A stretch of 64,000 nt of DNA from the NCBI RefSeq assembly GCF_016433145.1, contig NC_058130.1, forward strand, positions 48,511,396-48,575,395. The letters run 5' to 3'. Of this stretch, positions 36,480-50,519 are shown piece by piece. Numbering within the stretch: the first letter of the stretch is position 1; every line of letters begins with the position of its first letter. The position numbers and the translations under genes were made by a program. The stretch is from Gracilinanus agilis. Taxonomy: Eukaryota. The notes beneath the pieces were generated by a model, which worked only from the letters and a program-made list of their open reading frames with translations, was not told where the DNA came from and did not search any database.

Positions 36480-36800
36480 TGTGTCTGAACCAACAATGCA
36501 AAATGCAAAGGGACTTATTGTCTTAGTTTAAACCAAGGGTCTCACATGGAAAGTCTGATGTGTGACCAGGAGCTGTGCCTGAGCTGGATATTTATAGAAT
36601 GGTAGGCAGTAGGGGGTGGGTTAGGGGGATGTCTTGAAGGTAGGCAGTCCAGCAGGGGAGAGGTCTGGAAGGTAGGCATTCCTTCTGATAAGGGGGGAAT
36701 GTCTGGAAGGAATTCCTTTAGATAAGGGGGGATTGTCTGGAAACCAAAGGTCTGTAAGTTAGGAATTCCTACTGACAAGCCCATTTCACTATAATGTCAT
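36480..36800 (-). mobile_element. Possible solo LTR
   Basis: TG...CA ends, minus-strand TATA (ctataaata), internal gataaggggg..gtctggaa repeats; no TSD found. Confidence 0.3.
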
Positions 36801-37478
36801 ACGGGATCTGGATTTTTAATTATGGCTCTCTCTAGGTTCCACACTTGCTGAGTGCTGCTAAGTTTATTTATTTTCCCTACTGATAGAATATAAGTGCTCT
36901 GAACATTTTCTCAATTTGGGTGACCTGACAGACAGACCCCATTACCCCACCCTAGTTATGGCTTGGTTTTTCCCCTAAGTCCCTGAACAGTGTGCTGCCT
37001 CAGCAACTACTGCCAATAACATTGTTAGTAATTGATAAATAATTCATCTTCTGGGGCAGATAGATATTTGTAGTTTAAAAAGGACCTTTGAAGATGAAAA
37101 CTTGTTCCTTTCCTTCTGTGAATCTTAGATTTCTCTTTAGTAAAAGGAGGGAGTTGAAGGAGATGATCTATAAGGTCCCATTGAACTCTAACATTTTATG
37201 ATTCTGAGAGGTGGGGGAATAATTTACAGCGGGATGAATAGTTTTGGTTAGAGGAGTATGTCTCAAAGCTCAAAGGTTTTAATTTTCCTTACATACAAAG
37301 CCATTTCCTCCCTAATCTTTGCATCTCGTGAAGGAGAAGAGAATATGTTGGCTACAAGAAATAATGTGGCCACAGGAACATTGTCAAGATGTTAACCTGA
37401 AGGAGGAAACCCTGCCCTTTCTTCTCTCTCCCTTTTCTACAAGATGAGCTGAGATTCATCTTTACAACTTCTCTGAAA

Positions 37479-37727
37479 TAGATGGTATACCAGGCAAATG
37501 TTTAACTACTGGCTCTCTGTAAAAAAAAGTACACAGGACACTCATTTAAGTTTAATCTGTATTAACATACTCTTTATCACTTTCTTAAGTCTAGAGTAGA
37601 CAATCAACAAAATAATAAATCAAGCCTTAACTTGTATCATTTAATGATTTCTGAGGTATGAAATTTCACACTGAAAATTTAACAATTGACTCCAGAGCAA
37701 GCAGAATCTGGGTTCAGGCAACCACTA
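37479..37727. mobile_element. MER63-like hAT-Blackjack MITE
   Basis: ttcttaagtctagagtagacaatcaacaaaataataaatcaagcc matches the MER63 internal motif (reverse complement of GGCTTGATTTATTGTTTTGTTGATTGTCTAGACTTAAGAA); degenerate TIRs. Confidence 0.75.
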
Positions 37728-39125
37728 ATTTGGGGACCTACATCTTATTCCTTGCTGGTTTGGGAACTCTGTGGGTCTCAGCTTCCTTTTCTGTAAAGTT
37801 AGAAGTTTAGATCATTGTTTGAGGTTTTTTTCCCTAGCTCTATAATGCCATAATTCCATGGAATGAGATCATAAGACTTGAATATTCCAGGCACTCTTTT
37901 TCTGGACTCCATTTCCTGACTAATGGCACAGGGTGAGTTAAATTGACATGCAACCCTATAAGAGGCATTTACCAAAATGATTCTGTTTCCATGCACCATA
38001 AAGTAGAATAGATATTGTCAAAGGGCATTTAGTTGGATAGGAAGCAATCATAAAGCCTCTGTTGGCTTCATTATTGTGCCTGCCAAGCATCTTTGATAAA
38101 AAAAATGATTCTGAGAATGAAAATATTAGCAAGTAACTAACTCTTAGATGGTCAGTGAAGAGGAGTTAGTATTTGATTTCCTTATAGGAAATGCACATGA
38201 AGAAAGAAAACAGTTTAGTTAAAAAAAAATTTTTTTTTTGGTGAAGTAGCTATCTAAATTGGATGAGATCCATTTTTGTTTTTTCCAGGTCAGCAAATAC
38301 TACTGTTGATAATCTAAATGAGGACAAACAGTGATAATCCCCATGAGGAAGGATTAAATGTTTGGGGGATTATAGAGGCTAGGAGGATGTAAGTTTTTTT
38401 TTTTTAAGTGGGTTCCTAAAATTTCATCAGTGTTAGGAAATTTACCCTGGGAGTACTTCCTTTCCTGAATAGGCTGATGATATTGGTTAGCAACTATAAT
38501 TTATGGTTTTAGAGAGTTACTTAAGAGGTTAAGTGACTTGCCCACTGTCACATGGTGAATTTGTTTCAGAAATCAGGCCTAAGTCAATCAATCATCAGGT
38601 ATTTATGTGCTAGGCATTTTGTTAGGTGCTTGATACAAAGAAAAAGGAAACATTTGCTGCCTTCAAAGAGTTTTCATTCTATGGGTAGGGTTTAGGGGGT
38701 GGTGAAAAGGTGGAGAGAGAGAGTATATATATAAAATAGATAAAAATGAATACAAGATAATTTGGGGGAAAAAAGAGCTGTTAGGGGGAAGCAGAAAGAT
38801 ATGCTGCAGATAAGAGTTTATCCTGAGCTTTAAAGGGAATTTGGGATTCTAAGAGACTTAAGAGAAGAAGAAATAAGAGATAGCTGTGCTATGCTATCTC
38901 TAAAATAAGACAGATTATTATTGAATCGTTGAGTGTGTAATGAGGGGAACTTGGACTTGATCACTAGATCCCCAAAGGTAGAAATCTAGGCAGTCCTTAA
39001 TGATTTAAGAGATTTTTTTAGGATGGATAAAAATAATTATAACTTTAGCCAGTACAGAGTTAACAAAAGGGACTTCTTAGCTCTAAAAATGTGGTTGAAG
39101 TTGATATTATAATAGGTACAATGAG

Positions 39126-39319
39126 CAGGGGATCTTAAGCTTCTTCTTTTTTTTTTAGGTCATTTTGGTAGTCTGGTTAACCTATTGACTCCTTCTGATG
39201 ATATTTTTGAATATACATGAAATAAAATTCACAAGAGTACAAAGGAAAGAAATTATATTAAAAAGCTATGAAAATATTTTTTAAAAAACAATTTATGGTT
39301 TTTAGGTTAAGAACTTCTG
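39126..39319. mobile_element. hAT-Charlie (Charlie4-like) MITE
   Basis: Degenerate TIRs caggggatcttaagc ... ggttaagaacttctg. Confidence 0.65.
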
Positions 39320-41206
39320 GTTTAGAATAATTTACTGGATGGCAGATCCCTAATGAATGAATAAAAATATTTTATTAAGCTCTTTCTCTATGCCAAACAG
39401 TGCTCAATGCTAAAGACACAAAATCAAAAGCAAAGGCAGTTCCTTCCATCAAGAAGCCATATTCTAGTGGAAAAAGAGATTCCCTATATAAGGAAATTAT
39501 AATCAGGCAGAGGGATTTTGTACAGAAAGTTACAGAGAAGGTGAGAACCAGTGCAGAAGAAGAAGCTGACACAAAACTTTCAGGAAAAAAGTTGTTGATT
39601 CGATCATAGTTCTAGAACTAGAAAAGTTAGCGGATTTCCTTGTAGTGTCAAGGAATCCAATGAGATTATTGAGAAGATGACTTGTAGGGTATGAAGTGAA
39701 GCATCATGGCTGAAGCCTCTTTGAAATAGTTTGGGGCTTTTGAAGGAGTCACTAATTAGGACAGCAGAGTTTCAGGGCAAAAGTTTTAGAAATGAAAGGG
39801 TTAAAACCCTCAAGGCAGGGATTCAGGTTCATGATATCTGCAAGGCAGCTGTTTCACTGAGGTAGAGGGAGTAGCTTATTAAGGGAGAGCAAGGTATTTG
39901 TTTTTGAAGATGGCTTCCAAGAGTTCTATGGTACCCACCTATAAACCAACCTTTAGTGCATCAATGAGATGAATGAATGGATAGTATATATGCCAAATGC
40001 TAAGAATGGCGATTTTCCTATTTTTAAATTTAGTTCAGAATAGATTTTACTTAAGGTCTCAGATCTCTATATGTTGTTTAAAATAAAACCAAAAAGCTTG
40101 GTGGGGAAGCCCAGCACTCAAATGTTGATGGACCACCTATCATGTACACATTATTATATTGGAGCCTGAAATAGTGTCTTTAATGCTCCCAATTGCATCA
40201 TTAAAGATCACTTACTTCTGATTAGCATTGAATTGGAGTTTCCTAGAATTCCAGGACCTGCACCCCTTTGCATTCTTATGCTTAACACTTTGAGTGAATG
40301 TAATTACAGCATCTCAAAGTATAAAAGAAGCAAATGATCTCCATTACTTTTCTCTCTTTTCCAAGTGATTACTTTGAGTGCTGAGCTGACAAAATGCCTC
40401 CAGTGGGATGCAGAGATCCCTAGGGATATCTCCTATTCTCCAGCTGCCTGCAATAGAAGGTGCCTCATGACTGCTTTTTCATATGACTGAAGCTAAAAAT
40501 GTGGGATGTGAGAATGGGGAGGTGATGGCAAAATCACTGTGCATTGTGCATTGCTTTAAGCATACTTAAAATAAGACAATCTAGATAATGCAAAAGGCAA
40601 ATTAGGAGTGGTTTTTCATTTCATTCAAAGATAAGTGGTAATAATGATAATGGCATTAGTCTTTATTTGTGTAAAATATATGTGTATTATCTCATTTAAT
40701 TCTCTGGTATAGTACAGCTATTGATCTATTATTATTTTCATCCTAAAGATAAGGAGACTCTAATAATAACACCTACATCATTGGGCCATTGGGAAGACCA
40801 ACTGAGATAACATGTAAAACTTTTTGCAAACCTAAGAGTACTTTATCAGTGCTAGCTAGTGTAGTGTAGGCTCTGGGTAGCTTTCTGAACTCAAACTCAC
40901 ACTGGCAGGCTAGATCTCTACTCAAGGTTCAAGGGGTAACTTTAAAGGGTCAGAGTCATTTTAATACTCTTGCTCATGAGTCCCTACCAGTATGCTTCCC
41001 AATTTCATTCAGTCAGGTGATATTTTTCTAATATCAATGAATGGATTATGACTAATCAGCTTAGAGACATATTTACTGAAAAGTATAACAAAGGCAGAAT
41101 TCTATACAATGATATCCTCCCAGATATGGAGGGACACTTTCCCCTCTACTTTCTCCACTTGGTCCTTTTGCTTCCAGAGAGCTTTACAGTAAAAACCCAA
41201 GGTTCA

Positions 41207-41676
41207 TGACAGGTTACCTTTTGCAAGAATGCAAGATTCCAAAGCTTAGCTTAAAAATAAAAAGAGAGATTTGTTAATTTGGAATTCATGTTGAAATGGC
41301 TGGGGAGACAGTGTAGGTGGAGCATTGCCTCCCAGAGGAGATGTGTTCCAGGCTTTATATACCCTTTAGACAACAGGGTATAGACTAGAGAAAGGATGAT
41401 GATGATGGCATGTTACTGGGTCTCTGGCACCTGAGATGGATCATGTGGTTTTGTTCTAAGACTCCACGTCAGAAGGGGGTGAACTGTCCAGTTTAGATAT
41501 CTGGGATATAAAGTAGATGTTTATCAGGAGTGAGCTGGGAGATGCCAATCTGTGCTCATCAAGAATGAAGCGAGAGACCACCTTAATGCAAGGACAAAAT
41601 GAATCTTTTATATATTCTTCTGACTGGGACAAAATCTGGGGTGTTGGGGTGTCTAGGGGAACCTGTACCCCCATAT
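41207..41676 (-). mobile_element. Possible solo LTR
   Basis: TG...CA ends; minus-strand ggtatataaag TATA followed by a U5-like ttttatttttaagctaagc..gcattcttgca; TSD not resolved. Confidence 0.35.
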
Positions 41677-42039
41677 CACTTTGGAAGAGCAGATTCATAC
41701 TTAAAGCAACTAGTACAGAACATTCTTCCTTACCTTAACCTAGAGGAAGGTGCTTTGAGATGCTGAGATTCCTTTTCTACCTTTGCATAGACCTACAAAA
41801 TTCACATCTATATGTGTGGAAGCTGATGGGAAAGTTGCTTTCTAGCTCTGCTGGGCTGGCTCTCTGCTGCATTAGGCCAATAGGATTACTCTTCATGGCT
41901 CTTACTTACTCTTCTCATTGGGCTAAAATTTTTTAAAGTCTATATCCAATTAACAGAACAATCAAGCACTGATTTGGATCAAGTGCTGATATTTGAAGTA
42001 TAAATTTTCAAGCTGAATAATTAACATGAAGCTTTCACA

Positions 42040-42470
42040 AGTGGTGAGACAAGGCTTCAGCACATCCCTGAGACAAGTGGATAGAGAATAGGTGGGGCTA
42101 GATTATATATGGCCTTGAATGTCAGGGAAATTAGTTTGAACTTTATTTGCTAGGCAAAGCTGGATTGGGTCAGGGATAAGGGAGGTCACTGAGGACTGCT
42201 GAGCAAGGGTGGATCCCAGATCTATGGATAAGAAGAATGATTCTTGCAGAGGTATAGAAAGGAGAAAAAATAGAGGTGGGGAAGATTGGAATAATAGTTC
42301 AATTAGGATCATAATAAGGGCTTTTAGGAGGGTATTTGTAGTGGGAATAGAGAACCAGAGATGTGAGGGATGATACTGAGCTGGAATGGATAGGACTAGG
42401 TGAATGACTAGATGTAGGCTGTAAGGGGAAAGGTATGGGCCTGTGTGAATGGTAATGACAATCTAGTAAA
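42040..42470 (-). mobile_element. L2 fragment
   Basis: ggggctagattatatatggccttgaatgtcaggg..ttggaataatagttcaattagg.. Confidence 0.65.
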
Positions 42471-43818
42471 TGATTTCCCCTTATGAATACAATATTTGTG
42501 CATGGAGCATGATTTGTCCTTTGCTTCATCATTGGGGTGAGTTCTTAGTGTACGGGATTAAAAACACAACACAAGCAACAGTCAAGCCCAAAAGATGATT
42601 TTCAAATTGGATAGTTTTGCATGGGATATCTGGTGATGCAAATATCTTACCACCAAGATTCATAGATGGCAAAAGATGGTGAAGGAGAGACCCTTCTTGA
42701 GAGTGCTATTCGATATCTACTTCTGGGGTAGACAGAAGAAAACTGGGGAAGAGGAGAGCTGAGCTGTCAGCCTGAAGCTTGTGTCTGTGTGAAATGGAGC
42801 AGAGAATTATGATGTAATGCTGCTAGCTTGGAGATGGATTGGGGAATGACAGAAGGGATGAAAAGGGCAGCTGAACTGATTAGCCCTCCTGTGAGATTGT
42901 CAGGGGCTTTATTAATTTCGTTTATAGCTTGTAGAATGCATCCAGAGAGCAAACCAGCTGTGTGAAACTTAGTTTTCTTCTTGATAACGGCTATGGGTTG
43001 ACCGTGTGGAACAGCAATTAAGGAGAAAGATCAAGTGTGATGCCACTGGCAAAGACTGCCCAAGCTGATATAATGTTACAAAACAGATTTTCCGAACCAA
43101 TTATGCTATATTCGGTATGATTTAGGTATCTTACAAGACATGAAGTCGATGCCTACAATGATAATGGATCCTTCCATAGCAAGTGCTATGGAGGAACCAA
43201 ACAAGGAGGAGTCAATTCAAGCCAACAAATGTTTATTAAGCACCTACTAAGTGTGAAGAATTGGTAATAATACCAAAACAACAACAAAAAACAAACAAAC
43301 AAAAAAGAAAAAAGAAAAAGTCCCTGCTCTCAAGAAGCTCCCATTCTACTTGAGCTTCCTTTTAATAAGCTATGTAGTTCCTTCCTGTAAGCCTCTGTTG
43401 TTTTTTTTTTTTTTTCATCTGTGAAATGAAGGCATTGGCCCAGGGGTCTCTTGGAGTTCTGTACTTCTGTGTTCAACTGCAGCATGGTTTGATGGTGGAA
43501 AGAACAATGAACTAGGATCTGGGAGTATGAAGTTCAAGTCTGGCCTCTACTATCAAGAAATAGGTGAAGTTAACATGTACAAAGTCACCTAATCTAGGTG
43601 TTGGGGGCCCTCAGAGTAAAGTGGCTGAAAGTAGATGATTTCTAAAGTACTGACCAACTTTAGCATTCTGCAATTCTAAGATTTCCAAGTGAATAAATAA
43701 ATTTTCTGTTGACCTTATGTTGATTTGCTCTAAGAAAAATCAACAAGATTAATCTTCAGAGATTGGGTTTGAAATACCTTCAGTGTTATAGCATAAAATG
43801 TGTCAAGAGGATACAGAG

Positions 43819-44007
43819 GAGGTGCATCTAGATGGCTCAGTAAATAGAGAGTCAGGCCTGGAAAATGAGAAGAATGGGGTTCAAATCTGCATTCAGATAC
43901 TTCCTACTTGTGCCACCCTGGGCAAGTCACTTCACTCCAGTTGCCTAGCTCTTATCACTCTTCTGCCTTAGAACTGGTACTTAGTATGGATTCCAAGACA
44001 GAAAGTA
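43819..44007 (+). mobile_element. SINE1_Mdo-type SINE
   Basis: ctagatggctcagtaaatagagagtcaggcc...ccctgggcaagtcac..gattccaagacagaaag. Confidence 0.85.
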
Positions 44008-44944
44008 ATCATTACAAGGAGGTTGTGCATTGAGGGTTCCATATAGGGATGAATCATAAATACTAGACCAAACCAAACATTTCTTATAGAAATGATCCCT
44101 TTGAATGGAACTAGGACATCATGCCTAACCCTAATGAGAATTAAGCACACCAACATTCATTTTAATTCTCTTGAACTCAATTGACCAAATATTTATTTAA
44201 GATGTATGATGAGCTTAAGTATGGTGGTCAAATGGGGGCAGAAAAAGGGAATGAGGGATGTCCAGGATGTAAGAGAACTTATAATTTAGTGAGACCCAAG
44301 TTTAGTGTAACATTTAGAAAAGAATGTGAGACAGTATCTGATAACATATCAGATTCTGTGGCATGTGTCATACCCTGTTGCCAGTTGCCTGGCACATTTT
44401 GAGAAGCTCTTGGCTCGATCTGGCTCATGCTTCATTATTTCTCATTTCTCCAGTTCAGCAGAGTAAACAAAGTCATGGAAGCAGATATTTGGGGGAGGGG
44501 TCAAGGTTTAGGACCAGGGACGATTATGGCTTGACCAGAAGAGATATGTGTCAGGGAATGGTATAAGATCCCACTGGACAGAGAGCATGGAAATTTAGTG
44601 ATAGAGAGCTGGAATGTCAATATAAGGACAGGCATATCGCCAACTCTTTTGATAGTATTATAAACTTTGTGTTGAGCTTTTGGCCTGTACAGCTTTTGGT
44701 TTTATTACTTTTTTTGCAAGTCTTAAAACCTTTTGACAAAAGTTGACTTGCCCACTGTTTTGCAGACATGGTCTGTGCTAGGGAAACTTTTTGTCAAAGT
44801 CCCATGGAAGGAAGAAAATCTAGGTTGCTTACAGTGATACAAAGGTTCAGATGCTCCAGATGTTCCAGGAGATTTTTGATGCCATCCCTTCCATAAAGAT
44901 TGTAACCCATCAAATAACTGTCCTTCCTTTATGAGTCTTATTCA

Positions 44945-45165
44945 CATCTTTTAAATGGCTGGCATTTATATGGTACCTACTATGTGCTAGGTACTGTGCT
45001 AAGTAATTTATAAATTGTATATCATTTGATTCTTATAACAACATTGGGAGATAGATTCTATTGTTATTCTCCATTTTACAGTTGAGGAAACTGAGACAGA
45101 CAGAATTTAATTGACTTGTCACACAGCTTAGTGGTTAAGGCTGGATTTGAACTTAGGACTTCTTG
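44945..45165 (-). mobile_element. MIR/CORE-SINE
   Basis: ttttacagttgaggaaactgagacag CORE. Confidence 0.85.
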
Positions 45166-45267
45166 CCTCCTGTTAATATGACAGCAGGTCCACTCAAGTG
45201 AACTGGTGTCCTTTTTTTGTTTTCTCTTCATGAGGCTATTAAAACCATCAGTTTATCTCTTAGCCTT

Positions 45268-45432
45268 ATTTTTTTTAAACCTTACCTTCTGCCTTAGAAT
45301 TAACACTAAGAAGAGTAGCAAGGGCTAGGCAATTAGGGTTAAGTGACTTGCCTATGGGTCACAGAGCTAAGAAGTAGGTGAGACTAGATTTGAACCCAGG
45401 TCCTCCTGACTCTAGGTCTGACACTCTAATCA
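45268..45432 (-). mobile_element. SINE1_Mdo-type SINE
   Basis: aaaccttaccttctgccttagaat..gggctaggcaattagggttaagtgacttgcc..tttgaacccaggtcctcc. Confidence 0.85.
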
Positions 45433-45479
45433 TGCCCTCTTACACTTATTACATTAACAACCCATTGTTTTTTTGGTCA

Positions 45480-45700
45480 TACAAGTACAGAATTCAAAGT
45501 GTAGAGCAATGTCCTATGGATGATGACATCTTCCATATTCTCATTTGCTAAAGATATGGTGCTGGTTTCATCATGCTCCAGAACATTGTGAGTCAATTGG
45601 AAGAGATGTCTAATCTCTCAGAAAAGTTTGGTCTAAACATCCATCCACAAAGGAAAAACTAAATGGATGAAGTATGATGCTTATCCAAACAGGTTAAAGA
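45480..45700 (+). mobile_element. RTE LINE RT fragment
   Basis: ttctcatttgctaaagatatggtgctg (LFADDIVL-like) ... tttggtctaaacatcc..ggaaaaactaaatggatg (FGLTI..GKTKWM-like). Confidence 0.65.
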
Positions 45701-45819
45701 TTTGGAGTAAGGCAATGGAACATCATGTAGGGGAAATAGAGAACAGGCCAGGTTGATTGGAACATAAAGTAAGAGGGAAGGAATAAAATACAGTAAGCCT
45801 GGAATCACCTGGATGTTTA

Positions 45820-46205
45820 TAAGGTGCATTTAACATTGCAAAGTGCTATATGCATATTGTGCCATTTATTTTCAGGAAAGCCTTATTAGATAGGTTCTAT
45901 AAGCAGAAATATCTCCATTTTTCAGAAACTAAAGTCAAGAGGTTTAAATGATTTACTCAAGATAACACAGCTAGTGGCACAACGGAGGGAATACTGAACC
46001 CAGAGTCGAGAAGATCTGAGTTCAAATCCAGGCCCAGACACTGGCTATGTAATGCTCTGTCTGCCTCAGTTTCCTCCATCGTAAAATGGGAATCATAATA
46101 GCCCTTAACTTTCAGGATTGTTGTGAGGATCAAATGAAACAATATCATAAAGCACTTAGCATAGTGCCTGGTACATAACAGGCATTTTATAAATGCTTTT
46201 TTTTT
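45820..46205. mobile_element. Two MIRs in opposite orientation
   Basis: Minus CORE at about 45820-45960, plus MIR at about 45965-46205. Confidence 0.75.
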
Positions 46206-47829
46206 GTTGTTTTCTTCCTAAGAAAGGAATATGAGGTCTATCATTTTCAATACTGTTCCACTGAGCAAGTGATTTAAAAATTTTTGCTGTTAAGCTTCTG
46301 GGACTTAGAGGTCCAGTTTGGGCTCTGAGAAGTTTAAGAACTTCTTGATTATCAGACAGGAACAAAAGCTTGTTGAAAGTCTCAAGTTAGGGTCCTGAGA
46401 AATGTAAAGGAAGTGCTATGAACTTTGTTGGTGTCCAGTACTTTAGATCAGAGGAAAAGCTAAATTACAGATCATTGAAGCAGGTAGTTGAGGTGAGGTG
46501 GAGGGGCAGCTATGGCCAAGCTCTTGTCCCATCATTCTTCTCCCTTTTCTTCAAGTCTTTGGCTTTCATTTTTCCATTCTTCACTTTCTTCTTCTTTTCT
46601 TTCCAATTTTCAGAATTTCTCCCTTTCCCTGAACTTTTCCTCTTCTCCCCATGGTAGGCTGAAGCAGTAAAATAGGGGAGGTGAAGAAGAGCACCTGATT
46701 AGGGATGGTTGAACAGAAACATCCTCTTTCTTTCCCTCCCTCCTCCCTCCATCAATGTCCAGCCCAGAATGAGGGCTTGCTTAGAAGACAGTTGCATGCT
46801 AATCTCTTTGATTCATTCCATCACCTTCATAAAGAGAGAAGAATCAAACTGATGCTTGGAGCAAATCTGTACAATAAAAGTGGTTTGTACCTTATCTAAT
46901 TCTTCCTGTATTGCTTAAGGCAATAGCATAATAGTTTTCCTTTTGAGGTAAGAAAATATTAAAGTTCTGAGGTTCTATTTCTATTGTCAGGCAATATTAT
47001 GTTAAATCCTACTTTTATAACTTGATCTTGAGGGAAAGAAAGCACTGAAAAGCCAGATTTTACAAGTTGTTCTTTCTTTTCTCTGGTTGTAATTATAAAA
47101 GAGACAAGGACTATTCAAAGGCCCAACTTCCAGTCTACAGCTACAACTTTGACCTAGTTTTCTAAGTATTGGAAGGATTTTTGATAATAAAGAAATAGCC
47201 CTCTTCATTTGTACATTGAGTGTTTGCATGATAGAGTGGAGAGAGTGCTTGGAGTGAAGATGATAGTTCAAGTTCCCACCTCAGATATTTACTAGCTTTG
47301 TGACATTGAACAAATCACTTAACTTTTCTGGATTCAAGTTACTTTCTATGACCCATCTATTTAGTCAGAGAAGATGTAAAGCAACATAGAACAAAGGAGA
47401 GGACACTGCGTCTGGAGTCAGAGGATCTTAGTTCAAATTTCAGTTCTGCTGTATTTTACACAAAGCTATCTAATTTCCATCTGCCTTGCTGTGAGACATA
47501 GGCCAGGTGTATTATGATCATTTTACAGATAAAAAACCAAACTAAAGCCTAGAGAGGATAAATTACTCAACCACACATCTATGGATAAGAAACTAGAAGA
47601 TCTGATGCTAGAAATTCATTTTATGGACTTACATAGAATATTAGAGCTAGAAAACAAAGAATGATAGACCTCAGAGATAATCTAATTCAAGTCATTAATT
47701 TTACAGATGAGGAAACCAAGATCTCAAAAGGCAGAGGAATTGTTTAAGGTAACACAAGTAGAAAGTGGCAAAGTCAGTGTTAATAAACATTTATGAAGTG
47801 CCTATGTCCTAAGAAGATCAGAAGCCTTG

Positions 47830-48365
47830 AAAAGGATTGGCAAGCCCTAACAACAGAGGTGCTAGTCCTTCCAAACACACCCCATGTATCCTCCTTTGGC
47901 ATCTACCTGTCACCCAATTCTTACTTGTGAGTCCAAGAACCTGTGGTATGCAGAGTGGTCACACCATGGTAAAACTGTCTTGGCAGTTGGACTAAACCAG
48001 TGTGAGGGTAACTTACAGGTCTCAAACTGGTTAATGAGTTAGGGGATGTCTACCCCATGCAAGTGAAGACTTCCCCTGGCAGAACAGGCAGGTGAGAACA
48101 GTTTGTTCCAATGGCCATGAAAGTGGCTGAAACAGGTAGTGTAGTGTCTTAGAGTTTGGTCAGACATCAAAGATGCTGAAGTCATCCAATGCATCCTGGG
48201 TCATTGCCAGTCATCCTGACTTTTGTCTTACCACTGGACTTTGGCGGACAGTATGAGTTGATGACTTTGTGTAACTTGCTTTCCTTAAGACCAATTCATG
48301 GGCAAGTCAAGACATCACCCTGTGATACCATTGTTCCTCTTCAAAACAAGGGATGAACAATAATA
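47830..48365 (+). mobile_element. RTE-related marsupial SINE (WALLSI/RTESINE-like)
   Basis: Reverse complement of the element at 18401-18930; ends gttcctcttcaaaacaagggatgaacaataata. Confidence 0.75.
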
Positions 48366-50519
48366 CGCTATGTTCAGGAGATACAAAGAGGACAAAAATA
48401 ATAACTCCTCTCAAGCTCACCATAGAATGAGTTAAAACTTGGGAGCTCTGGTCTTTTTGTCTACAGTCAATCAATCAATTAATAAGTACTTCTTAAGTGT
48501 CTAGGATGAGCTCTATAGCAGGAAGAATACAATGCATTGCTTCTCAGTTGTATTTGAGAAATATGTGCAAAGAAGCTCAGCTTTGGGTGGGACTAAATGA
48601 GTTACTGTACAATTCTTAAAGTAATAAGATAGATACTAGGGTATTTAGATGGTATTTATCTTTGAATGGTTTATTCATGACAAGCCCATATGGGAGATGT
48701 TTTTGGGGTGTGGTTGGGTGACTTGTAGGGGCTAGCAGAGTCATTCCACCCCTCTGTTGTCATATAACACAGCCTCCTTCCCACTTCCTCTTGTTCATAG
48801 GACTAAAATTAGCCACCTCTTCTCATTTAAATAGCTTCCTTCTTTCTAAATGAGGCACACTATGGTGGCTCTCCCAATTCCTTTGAAATCCATGTCAATT
48901 CTCAATAAACCATATGAATGGAATATTGGGTAATCCTTGAGGCCCCAACATATTCAATTCTGGATTGTCTGTGCTATTGGAGAAGAGCACTGGTGTGGAT
49001 AATCCCCAAATCATTTCTATTTGGGTTGGGGATTAAGTTTTACTGAAGCTAGTATTAAACTTAGTTTATATTCCCCGAAACACACTTCTTCTGGGCAGTA
49101 GGAGAAATCCATCCTGGAATGAAAAATTCATTACAGATAAACCACTCATGGATAACTGAGGTTAGACTGTATTTGGCTTTATAATATAATACAATGTATT
49201 CTGCCTCATCTTCTCCTATTCCTTTTTCACCCTCTCCCTGATTTACTTTTCCTAATGTCATTGAACTTAAAAAGATATTTACATGAGTTAAAATTTTTTG
49301 GGAAGATAAGTATAGGCTTATTGAGCAACGAGTAGAAGTGCCTTACTGGACAACACATAGGAAGTTGACCTGGGATATTTTAAAAATTGGCAGTGTTAGC
49401 CACATGTGGTTAATTGAGAGATGATTATATTTCTTGAACTAGCTTAGCTGTTTGGTGCTTCTGGCCCAAACACTAATTCTCTACTGCACACTGATGTATA
49501 ATAAAGGGATTTTAATGGTCCAACAATGAAGTCCACAGGGTTGAATGCAAATGGCACCCATAGTCAAGTTTCAATTATGAAATGCAGAACCCAGCAATCT
49601 GTGTTTTGATTAGTACTATGCCTCTTGACCTAATTACCGAACAGTTACATGGTGAGGGTATATTAACCTTTCCTTTTTTCTTTCTCTATTTTCATACCTC
49701 AGTCCTTATTTCTGAGCCTCATCCACACCTTACATTAAAATTATTTCCTTAGAGAAAGAGAGGAATGTCAAGTGCATGCCACATTTCATCACATTTCTTT
49801 TTCTCAGCAGTTCACAAAAGGTAAGCTGTTAATGTGGAGATGCTGCATCCTTGTTTTGAATGAGGGCACCATAAGAGAGATCCTGGAAATTTAAGCATGG
49901 CTTCAGGGAATATGTTCATCTTGAAATTACTAATGGTTCTAGGGAAATTTCCTCCACAACTACTTATGATATAGGAAAGTCAATTATTATAATTATGGTT
50001 AACACTGAATTATTATTGTTGTTTCCTGGATCTTTGATTTAATCATAGTTGGGAATCCCTGCAAGCAAATCCCCTCCCTCCATGTAGGTAAATCGTTACA
50101 CAAATCATAGCATTACCGCCATCATCACCATCGTCATCATCATTATTATCATAATAATAATAGTAACTACCCACTGTACAACTTAGAAGACTTAATTATA
50201 ATAATGGCTAACATTTTTATATTGCTTTAAGGTTTGCAGAGTGCTATGTGGAAGATAACCCATTTGATTTTAGTTATTTGGGACTAGAAAAGGTGAAATG
50301 ATTCATTCAGGGCTATCCAGCCAGTATTGTCACCTACATTTCACTGATGAAGCATAGGCTCAGAGTTAGTACAAAGGTCTTGGCTGAGTGGGATAATAAA
50401 CCTGCTGGATGACAAATACATTGATAAACTAAAATAATAGGCCAATTCAAATAATATAGACTTTACTAAGGATTAATCTATAGTTTTAGAATTGGGTTTA
50501 AAACCTATGAGTTCAATAC

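Noticed and set aside
44730-44800. Imperfect inverted repeat ttttgacaaaagtt ... aactttttgtcaaa
   Set aside because: AT-rich and imperfect, with no TSD; compatible with chance.
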